64,000 bases of DNA from a virus, in the IMG/VR virus record IMGVR_UViG_3300046534_001341, positions 1-64,000 of that record; one strand, given 5' to 3'. Positions 1 to 10,500 of the stretch are shown piece after piece. The notes under the pieces are model-generated. The model did not search any database. It worked only from the letters and a program-made list of their open reading frames with translations, and had not been told where the DNA came from. The stretch's first letter is position 1. Each line of letters begins with the position of its first letter. Made by a program: the position numbers and the translations under genes.

Positions 1-2
1 TC

Positions 3-380
3 AAGCTTTATATATTCAAAGATGGTAAAGGCTCTGAACAACTTGTTGAGCGTGATGTGTTCATGGCTCTTCAAGACCACGAATGTGTTGCTGGTATCCT
101 GTTGGTTAGCGAAGAAAAAGCTACCAAGGAATCAAACTACAAAGATGGTACTGGTGAGTACCGCGAGTTCAATGAATTCGGTAAGTGGTTTGATTCAGAA
201 GGCTTCACTGCCACTGAACGTGCTGGTGAGCTAAAAGACCCTATCTTCATTCATGATTGGAAGAAGAAAAACATGGATCAAACACAGATCCGTAAGGCTA
301 AAAACCCTGGCGCCGCTGCTGGTGGAACTGCCGGTGCACCTGCTGCTGGTAACACAACTACCAAAAGCTTGTTTGCCTAA
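3..380 (+). CDS. N4-like single-stranded DNA-binding protein (gp45-like), 5'-truncated by the window edge
   Basis: Frame is open from the window start (KLYIFKDGKG...). Ala/Gly/Pro-rich tail ending KSLFA, directly upstream of the RuvC-like gene and near vRNAP, as in N4-like synteny. Confidence 0.75.
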   Translation, partial: KLYIFKDGKGSEQLVERDVFMALQDHECVAGILLVSEEKATKESNYKDGTGEYREFNEFGKWFDSEGFTATERAGELKDPIFIHDWKKKNMDQTQIRKAKNPGAAAGGTAGAPAAGNTTTKSLFA

Positions 381-943
381 TGGCCTGCATCCGTGTGGTG
401 GGGTTAGATCCATCCATGGCTGCTTTCGGGATATCGCTTGGTATCCTGAATCTCGACACTGGGGAGTTTGATCTCCAGTGTATTGAGGTCGTAGATACTG
501 CATCTAGTAAAACAAAGCAGGTGCGGAAAAACTCGGACGACCTAGAGAGAGCCAGGAAAATTCAAAAACAACTTATAGAAATGCTCCCCGGAGCTGATCT
601 TGTTTGTGTCGAGATACCCGTAGGAAGTCAGTCAGCTAGGGCGATGGCCAGTTATGGAATGTGTATAGGGATCTTAGCATCCATAAATATACCCATGATC
701 CAATTAACGGCTACAGAACTCAAGTTGGCTGCCACCGGCAATAAAAATGCCACAAAAAAAGACATGATTGATTGGGCAACTTCAACCTATCCGGATACCA
801 TGTGGTACTCGAAGAAAGTTAAAGGACAACGATCATTCACAAATAAAAACGAGCACGTAGCGGATGCGACCGCTGCCATTCATGCCGGAGTTAAAACCGA
901 TGAATTTAAGCTCATGCGACTGGCGTTCAACGCCAAGGAATAA
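380..943 (+). CDS. RuvC-like Holliday junction resolvase (N4 gp46-like)
   Basis: VVGLDPS (catalytic D), VCVEIP (E), ATKKDMI and EHVADA motifs of the RuvC RNase H fold. Confidence 0.85.
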   Translation: MACIRVVGLDPSMAAFGISLGILNLDTGEFDLQCIEVVDTASSKTKQVRKNSDDLERARKIQKQLIEMLPGADLVCVEIPVGSQSARAMASYGMCIGILASINIPMIQLTATELKLAATGNKNATKKDMIDWATSTYPDTMWYSKKVKGQRSFTNKNEHVADATAAIHAGVKTDEFKLMRLAFNAKE

Positions 944-944
944 T

Positions 945-1379
945 ATGCAAACCCTCATTACTCTTACACAGGAAGAGATAATTGAAGCCATCCGACGTTT
1001 TGTAGAAGCGGAAGGTGTAACTTTGGATGGGATGGAGGCTGAGATTTCAATCAACGCTGTACGTTCCCCAACAGGTTTCAATGCCACTGTGCAGCTAGAG
1101 AAAGCTGGTACCAAGAAAAAAGCTGCCCGCCGTCCTGCCCGTGTGGTACCTGCAAAGGTTGCCTCAGAAGAAGAAACCACTACTGAAGTAGTTCCTGAGA
1201 TTCAGGAAACTGAAGACACTGCCGTTGCTGTACCTGAAGTAAGGGAAGAATTGGTGGAAAACGATCTACGCGATCCGAAAGATGAAGTGGTAGAGAAATC
1301 ACCATCAATCTTTGATGTTCCTGCTGTAGAAGAAGCGCCTAAGGCTGCTCCTAAATCATCTTCAAGCTTGTTCGATTAA
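945..1379 (+). CDS. Hypothetical protein with acidic low-complexity tail
   Basis: ATG at 945 after AAGGA RBS; C-terminus SSSSLFD. Confidence 0.7.
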   Translation: MQTLITLTQEEIIEAIRRFVEAEGVTLDGMEAEISINAVRSPTGFNATVQLEKAGTKKKAARRPARVVPAKVASEEETTTEVVPEIQETEDTAVAVPEVREELVENDLRDPKDEVVEKSPSIFDVPAVEEAPKAAPKSSSSLFD

Positions 1380-1382
1380 GCC

Positions 1383-1589
1383 GTGAAAAAATTCCTACTG
1401 GGATTTCTTATAGCACTACTCGGCACAGGTGTAGTAATAGCCCTGCCGTTTATTGCCGCAATCGGAACAGCCATCTTTATCTTCGTATTAATCCTGTTTG
1501 CTTCAGTTTCATACTTGAAGCATGCGGAAGATGAGAAGAAAATAAAGGCGGAGGGGGACTCTAAAAAGTCCCCCGACTCCCCCGATTAA
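1383..1589 (+). CDS. Small membrane protein (two predicted TM segments)
   Basis: Hydrophobic N-terminal ~45 aa, charged tail; converges on the vRNAP stop. Confidence 0.65.
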   Translation: MKKFLLGFLIALLGTGVVIALPFIAAIGTAIFIFVLILFASVSYLKHAEDEKKIKAEGDSKKSPDSPD

Positions 1590-4500
1590 AGCAAGCCTTC
1601 CACTGCATTTATTGTACCTATCTGGGATAGACCCATCTGAGGCGCGTGGATAGTATCCGCGATGTTGATGCTGGAGTCCCAGATATCTGGTAGGTCACCT
1701 ACAAAACCCTGTAAGGCGAATAGCATGAACACCCTTGCAGGGTTCTCGTGCATGGTTTCGGCCATCACCTTAAGAATTCTGATTCTATATTTCGAGAACC
1801 AAACCACACCCATATCATTCCCGTACTGGGTATACTTATGAGTTGGTAGGTCGTAGTTAATGAATATATTAACTATCTTCTCGATAGAATCCTTTTTAGA
1901 TAGTGGATCAACAGCCCTAGTGGTGTAGTGCTTATGTAAAGCGTAACGCGATACAAAATCACTCAACTGCGCTGCTTGATTAAGTGTCTTGTATACCTCT
2001 GAATCCTGAAGGATCAGGGCATTACTAATTATTTTTTTAACTGTGCTTGGTGTCTTACTACCGAAGTCAGTAAACTTATCGATGGCTTGAGCAGCTTTTG
2101 ATTTGTACGAATACTCATCCTTGCTTGCCGCTATATCCTCTACCACTGTTTGGTAGACACCTGCCTCAACTAATTCCCTTACTGGGTTATTAGCTAAATC
2201 ATTTTTAAGCTCTACCACTCGTGCCTTCTCTTTGTTGAGGTTGATACCAGGGTTGCCAGCTTCCTTTGCTTTAACCAATCTCTGTAGTTCCAGCAACTCA
2301 GCATAATCTTTTTGATACGCCCTAGCTCCACTGAACGCCTCTGCCTGATGCTTAAGAATATTCTTCATCGGTACACCTAATACTTTCAACATCACTCCGT
2401 TACTCACAGTGTTAGCTGCCGTAACAATGAATGATTTGATTACGATGATGTCCTTCAAAGACTTCACTACTTCTTGCCAAATATTCTCTGCAAATTTAAG
2501 TTTGCCTGCTGCTTGCTTACCTAAGAATAACTCAGCCGCCCCTAACAACATTTTTTGGTGGAACTCTCGCTCCTCTTTAGGCATCTGGAAAGCATCAGCT
2601 ACACTCAACTTACGTTGGCCGAATACCATATCAACTAGATCATTACGAACAAGCATCGTGTCACCACCCCAGACCTGTTTAACTTTCTGTCGGGCTTCAT
2701 TAGGTAATGCAAAGTAAATCTCACGTAGGCGCTTATCAGGACTCCTAGGGCCAATCTCTACGTATGAACGGAAACGAGTTGAGTACTCTTTATCGTATTG
2801 TTCTTTCAAGGCATCGATAGATTTATTGTTGATGGATTCACTTGAAACCTTATCAACAATATTACCGGCCATGGCCCCCATCACATCCTCAAAGCGGTTA
2901 TTTTTTTGAAGTAAGGAGTCTTTAGTTTGTTCCTCCATCATGTAACGATAACTAACCACTTCACGTAACTGGTTCAAAACAGGGACCATGAAATTTGATT
3001 TGATCTTGGTTGGGTCCACATCCCTGTCCATAAACATTTCATTAATGGCTTGCTGCTTATTAGCTTTGATAGTCGCCACATCCAACCGACCATTCAAGCT
3101 TGGTGAGTCATCGCCTGCCTGAGTACGTAAATTAATTGTGTCGGTACCTTTAGCTACCTTACTGGTTCGAGAGGTCACACCAGCATCATAAGTAGACAGG
3201 CCACCGTGACGTGATACGTATCGATAAACCGGAACCGTATTCAGGTCATTAGCATCACGAACTACCGGGCCACCCTCACGCTTGTACATACGCTTAGCTA
3301 AATCATCTCCCTCATTCTCAGTGGCATAAGTCACATCGATATGGGGATTCACGATCTCTTTGGTGTAGCCTTTTACCATGGCGTTAGAGCCGACAAATAA
3401 GCGCTTCTTAGACTCAGCTTTAAGGGACTTGTGCTGCCATAGAGTGAACGTAATACCATTTTCAGTAGCAGTACCCCCATCATCGTTACGAGCTGTTTCA
3501 GACAGAATTAATTCGCTTAGAGCGTTCCTGTGATCAATGGCTGTATATTTAACGGCAACCAGAGAAGCTAGGCGGTCCACTAATATCTCAGCAGTATCGA
3601 TCACATCTTGGTTAGGTTTATCTTTACCAGTACCAGAAAGGTCAGCTATCTGCTTGGCATTCAGTAACAAATGCTGTTCAGACTTACGGCCTGTAGCCAT
3701 GTAATAACCCAGTGCTACAGCAGATCTCTTGTAGAACCCACGGTGATTACCGAACTTATTCAACTGATTCTTCAGGCTAGTTATCTCAGTAGTCAGGTCG
3801 TTATTACCTTCCTTCAACATCTGGGCTAACTCAGGTAGTGAGTAAGCATCAGTAAGAGAAACCAAATCTGTCTTAATCATCGCCTTGGATATTGCAATTT
3901 TTTGGTCATCAGTAAGCTCACCCTTGAATTGTTTCAGGAGTGTTTCAGATACAGACTCTGCAATCATTTTACGCTGACGGTCAATTACCATATTACCTAC
4001 ACGCCCTAGGTCATGGAATGTTCCGTTATCATCTTGGCGCCCTAAGGCCTCAGTGATGGTAGCGTTCATGAAACCCTGCTGCCCCTGTCGAACAGTGTCA
4101 CGCATATTTTGGTAAGCGTTCGCAACATACTTAGCACGATCAGACGCAACCAGAGCAGTTATGGCACCAGTGGCACGAACTACAGCGAACTGTGAACTTT
4201 TGATTGGAGGCAACTCAGCAGCCTTAATTATCTGGGACTTGGTGAAAGCTATAATCTCATTCATGCCTTCAATAGTTTTAGTACCCGCAGCTTCCATGCT
4301 ACGAACTAAGTCGGATTTATGACGCTGTTCGATGTTGGATAGTTGAGTGAATAAAGCATCAAGCTGAGCATCAGCAGTGGCCTCCGTAACCTTGTGCATA
4401 CGGTCAGTGATAAATGTCACAACCATATCAAATATATTACCCATAATATCAAGCAACGAACCCTTGAATATACCATCTGGCTTGAGCCTAGATTGTAGGG

Positions 4501-7500
4501 AGCCTAGCTTTGTCTTGAATTTAGCGTTGGTCATACCGAATGCCATGAACTCGTGTAGGTAATCGGCGGTTTCTAACGTCCTATTTAACCCTGTGGTCTC
4601 ATCTATACTCCGCACTGGGGCATTGGATACCAAATTGAATATATGATCGTGACGAGCTTTAGCGGCGGCATATTCATCAGAATAGCTCGGATCCGAAGGA
4701 AGTAGGTTCTCGTTGGCCATAAAGTCTTTGATTGTGAAATTCTCTTTTGCCAAAGCATGTAGTCTTTTTAGCTGACGTTGGGCAACTGATCGTCCATTGA
4801 TACCTGCACGGGATACGTTATGGACCAACTCATGTAGGTAAACTTCCTGTGCTGACATACGAATACCATTAACCAGCATCCCGCTTGTAGCAGGAGTTGT
4901 GCCATTGGCTTGGTGAACTATGTACATATCCAGACCGGTAGTGGCACCCATGGTCTCGCTGTCAGGACTATCCTTACGATGTAGGTTGAAAGGTACCAAT
5001 ACTTTATTGATTGAACCCTTCAACAATTTACGTAGGTAATTACCGTGCTCAAGTGACTCAGGCACAAACTGCTCTTGGCTGCCTAAATTATCAAACACAT
5101 CCTCTGAGTTCATAGCGTTGACTGCTTCAATAGTCTTGGCTTGGAAAGTATCAGGGTTGATGCCACCGTTAGTGGAGCCTAACGAATCAATGAAGTTATC
5201 CAATATGTCATTTAACTTAGTGGTGGTCTGCTCAGACTTACGAAGCTCTGTACCATCAGCAAGGTACTGGCCCTGTATGGTGTGGTCTTCTAAATTGGCC
5301 AACTTACCTAAGTCAACTTCACGCACAGTGTTTGCCATCTTCACTTGGAACACTTGAAGTTCATTACGGCCCTTAGGTACAGTAGTATCTTCATGTAAAT
5401 TTTCTCTGGCTGCTGTAAGGGCCACCTCTAAGTACCTAGAGTTACCATTCTCATCATCTAACTCAGTGGCTAGTGCCATGGTACGAGTCAACGCATCTTG
5501 AGCAGCACCCATAACTGAGTATTCACTATGAACCTTGTTATAGCCTTTATTCATGGTTTGGCCTTGAGCTTTAGTTTCAGCCTGACCAACAATGATTGCA
5601 TCGTGTACGTTCAGTGCATTGTTGTTTTCTAAGTAGGTGAACATAGTTGCAGCATCGACACCTTGGATACCCATAACTGTTGGGGCAACACCTGGAGCAA
5701 TCATCTCCATCTCAGTGGCATTAGCTTTACTGCTTTTGTTCTGGCTACCATTAGGGGGGGTCTTATAAACCTGCTCCGTTAACAGAGCCTTCTTACCAGA
5801 AAATCTTGCAGCCTTAAACTTAGCAACATTGATTCCTGTATCAACCTTACCTTCCTGCTGTGAGAAGAATGAGTGCATAACTGGTGAACCCTCCATCAAA
5901 CGCTCACGGATAATGGTCATCTCAGTTTCAGGTAGTGTGGTCACATCACGGATAAGCTCGCCAGATAGGTACATTTCTTCTTGACGTTGGGTAACAAGAT
6001 CACGATACATTTTGTCGTAGGTCTGGAACACGATGTCCATGGCAGAGTTAATTAACTTACCTTTCTCTTTGAAGTCACTGAACTCAGTATCGATGGCTTC
6101 AATAAGCTCAGTACCGTAGGTGGTCTCAGCGAACTCACGGATGTGCATCTCAGCTTTGTAAGGCATCTTGTATTGTAGGGCTGCTGTTATATCCACAGAG
6201 CCGTTGTTGTTTTTAGGAAAAGAGAATCCACCGTTAGGTGCAAGAGTGTTTACAGTGTTTTCTAAGTCCCATAACAACTGACCCCCCTTCTCAGCATCAG
6301 TCTCAGCAATGGCACCCTCAATTTGGGAGTAAAAATTTGATATGAAACCGTCACTTACTAACTGCTTGATGCTGACATTACCCGCACCATAAACAGTTTG
6401 TACCAGAGGTGCTTTGGCAGAATTACGGTTGATGTCTCCATATAGCGAAGATGCTGCCTCAAGTACCCGAGGACTGGCATTAATAGATTTAAGCCTTTCA
6501 GCCCAAATACCAGCCAGAGCCACATAGCTATCAACCGAGCTGTCTTTGGTGATGTGCTCAAGGACAGAATCTTGGTTACCAAATAGCATACCTGTACGTT
6601 CCAATTTGTTGCGTACGTCAGCTTGGTCAGCACCCGCATTAAGCTGAAGGATACCAATGGCAGGGCCGTTGGTTAAACCGTCTATCTCACGGAAAATATC
6701 TGACTGGAATGTATCCTTGCCAGCATTCTGAGCCGCTACCATCGCAGCCAGACTAACGAGACCGTCGAGGGCGTAAGCACCTTCCTCAATCGAACCGTAA
6801 TCACCCGGTCGTACCTTACGAACAGCTATCATAATATCTTGCTGCATCTGCTCTTCATTGATGTCGTCAGTACCGATTTTATTTATGGCCACAACTGCGG
6901 CCTTTATTTCATCATCCTGAATCAACTCACGTATCTGCTGTAACGACACCTCAGGCATTTGCTTATCAGTGCTTATGTCGAATGCCTCAGCAATGGCCAT
7001 CATGAAGTCATTAACTTGACTTGGAACAGTAAGATTCACTTCACTGTTGAAGCTTTCCTGTTTAGCGAAGTGACGGTGTATCTTACTGGTCTGCATGTTG
7101 AAAGTATTACTCTGCTGCCCAGCACGACCTTGCTTCCAAATATTGTAAGAGTTGTAGAACGGGGTATCTTCACCTTGGTTCATTACGTCATCAATGTGGT
7201 CATTCAAATATTCTATTTCACGAGTGACCTCAGCATTGGCCGCCTCTTTACCAAGTAAGTTCTCTGCATGGACTTTACCCTCGATACCACCAATGTAGCC
7301 GTACAACTCCATTTGACTTTCTAATGGTAAGAACTGGTGTACAGCAACCGAACCGATCTTTAATGTCCAAGGACGAGCCTGATCTTTACCTATTATCTCA
7401 CGTAGGTTTTCAGGAACCTTCTGCCCAGTATTCTCCATGGTTTGAACTACGTTCTCTGGCGATACAAACGATGGCTTGACCTTGGCAGACTGAACTGAGA

Positions 7501-10500
7501 ACAATTTGTCCATGATACCGTCAGCAGCCTTCAGACCTTCTTTGATGTCAGTAACTATATCTATAGGTACATCTACCATTTCACCGAACGCATTCTCTTC
7601 TTGTTTGGTAGCAACCTTGTAGAAGGTCGTTACCGTGTTATCGGTGTTGGCTTGCTTGTCAGCATCGATGGCACCTACAGAAGCTTGTGCAGTTATCTCA
7701 GTTTCATTAGTCAATGCGGCTATCTGGTTAAAGGGGATTTCAGTAGTAGTTAGGTACCCAGAATCTTGGAGCATGTGGAGTGCCATTAGACCAACTGAGT
7801 GTTCAAGCTGGGATTTCATATTACCTGGGGCATCCTTACCAGCCTTAATACCTAGGGTCTTCATGACATCTTTACCAATTGAACTGGCCAACACACTACG
7901 ACTAACACCAACCTTGCCTAATAACTCACGAGCAGCAGAGGCCACATACTCTTTACTACCACGACCTATAATTGCGTTGATATCACGATCTTGATTATAA
8001 AGAGTATCCCCTGCACTTGTGGCCACCCAGTTATAAGCACCCATGGCAATTGAGGATATTACGTTTGGATCAAAAGTACCGTCCACACCGGCCAGGTACT
8101 GCATGTAATCCTGGTGTAAGAAACTTGCACGAGCTTTGAATAGCTTCTTGAATGACTTACCCATCTCAGCATTGAAGTTGAACATGGAGTTTAAGGTACT
8201 GACCTGCTCGATGCTTGTAGGCTCATCTAAGTGGATTTCCACTGAATCCTGAACATCCACTAAGCTAGAGAAGAAATCCTCCACAGAGGTTAGTATATTA
8301 CCACTAACGTCGGTATCTTTCTCACGACGAGTAGTGAAGTATTGTTGGACCATATTCAGGTTGTAAAAGCGACCTACACGATCTTTAGGTGACATCCCCT
8401 CAAGGTCTACAGAGTGCCCTGTAAGACGACTGGCCATGTTATAGGTGTTTGGTTCTTTGAAGAATCCCATGTCCGTCAGTGCATCCACAGCGGCTCGTGT
8501 GTCATTGGCTAAACCCTTACGGCTCAGACCTTGCTTAGCTTTGATTGCGTCAGGGCGATTGTCATTACGACGCGCCATGAATTCTTCTTGTTTAACTGGG
8601 GTATCCAAAAATTTGGCCATCTGCTTCTGGGTAATACCCTGTTGGCTCAATGATTGGATTACTCGAGTATCCTGCTCGGATTCATTAAAATTTTCCAAGG
8701 TCAGCCCTTTACCACTTTCAGCTATCGGATACGGCTGCGCCTCCTCCTCTGCTTTCGTGGCTTGGTCTTCCGTAGGCGTCGGGCTGACAAAAGAAAACTC
8801 GTTTTCTTTTTCAGAGCGAACATCAGCCGTAGGTATAACTGTGTCGGAAGTCGTGGAAGCCTCACCGCCTTGTTGAGGTTCCTTAAACAAGCCTACGGTA
8901 GGCTTCGCCTCCTCCGGTTTGTTTAACTCTCTCAACTTCGTCGTTTCAGCTACACTTTGTTCCTCCTGAAGAGGCGTAGCTGAGGAGGACTTGTCCGACG
9001 ATAAGCTGGCAGCCGATGAAGGGGCATCGGTAGCTAATGTCCGTTCGGTCGAATTACCTGAGGAAACCTCAGATACTTCATCCCTGACGGCGCTACCTTT
9101 AACTCTATTCCTGCCCTGAACCACAGCAGCACGTAAAGCATTAGCCTCTTGAACCACAGTATCTACTAACGGGTTATTTGGTAGGTTCGAGTTACGGTGA
9201 ATCTGAATAGGCTTTCCACGGGCAGTCGTGTACGTTGAACCAACAAGATCAATAGCAGCTTGGTGTTCGTCCGTAGGCTTGTAGTTAGCAGGCTTACCTT
9301 GGAAAGGTTTATACGCTGCAACAAAGTCACGAGCTTTTTGGCTGTGGCCGCGAGTAAATACCTCAAGTGTTTTTAGTGCCTTAGCAGCTCCGTCAGTGTT
9401 ACCTAACTCTAAGGCAGAACTGATTCGTTGCTGGTGGGTAGAGATGCCTGCATTGTCATTACCACCAGATATGATTTCACTGTTGGTGCCATCCAAAGTC
9501 TGTATAGCCTTCTGTACTTTGATGTGGTCTTTGATTTCAGTCTTTTCTTCTGGGCTGATTGTATTGTTGTCTAGTAATGTTTCGGCTTCTTCAATAGAAA
9601 CAGTTTCTGGGCTCATACGCATTGAACCAAGAACTCTAGCAGCCGACTCAGGTGTGTTTTCCTTGGCCAATTTTTCTATAGAGGAATTTTCAAAAAATTT
9701 TCTGGAGGCTCCCTGCTGAATTGCCCCCAGTCGTTCGATGCCCTGATCCATCTCTTCCTGAAGTGTTTCCACCTCTTTGGCCAGAGATCTTTGTAACTTA
9801 GGATCCCTAGAAGTAGCCATCTTCTTAGTAAGTGCATCAACCTTTTCGTCTGCCTTAGTAATTAACTCGACAGCTTCAGCAGCATTCTTAGTACGTTCTT
9901 CTTGAGTTGTGCCCTCAGCATCGTTGCGCTCATGTATGGCAGCAAGGGAGGTCGTAAGCTCGTAATCTGAGGCTTCTGTATCAGTAACAGTACTAACGTC
10001 ACCACTCTCAACTACCGCATCCACAGTCGCTTTAGCGGCAGCCTTAGAAGCCATGTCATTCTTCTGAGTTTGAATGGTATCTTTAGCACCCTGAATTGTA
10101 TTGGCAACACCACCTACGGCAACACCGGAAGCAGTACCTACAACTAGCCCAGCACCTGCTGCCGTACCTACACCTTCAGATAACTCTTGGTCTTCATCGA
10201 CGTATAGTTTGGTTGCCACGTTACCTGCAGCAGCTCCTGACCCACCCTGAATCGTTTCCTCGGCACCTTCTGATGCAGCGTTACGACCAGTCTTAGTAAT
10301 GATTGAACCAACAGCACTACCTGGAGTAAACAAACTACCTTCAAACTTGGCAGCCCCGGTAAGCTTAGATGCGACGGCACCCACAGAACCTGATATAGCC
10401 GCGGTAACATCGAACACCCGGTTAGAAACTTTCATACGGGCATCTTCAAAGCTATCACCCTGAGCCATCAAATCTAGGAAGTAAGGGGAACCTTCTTCTA

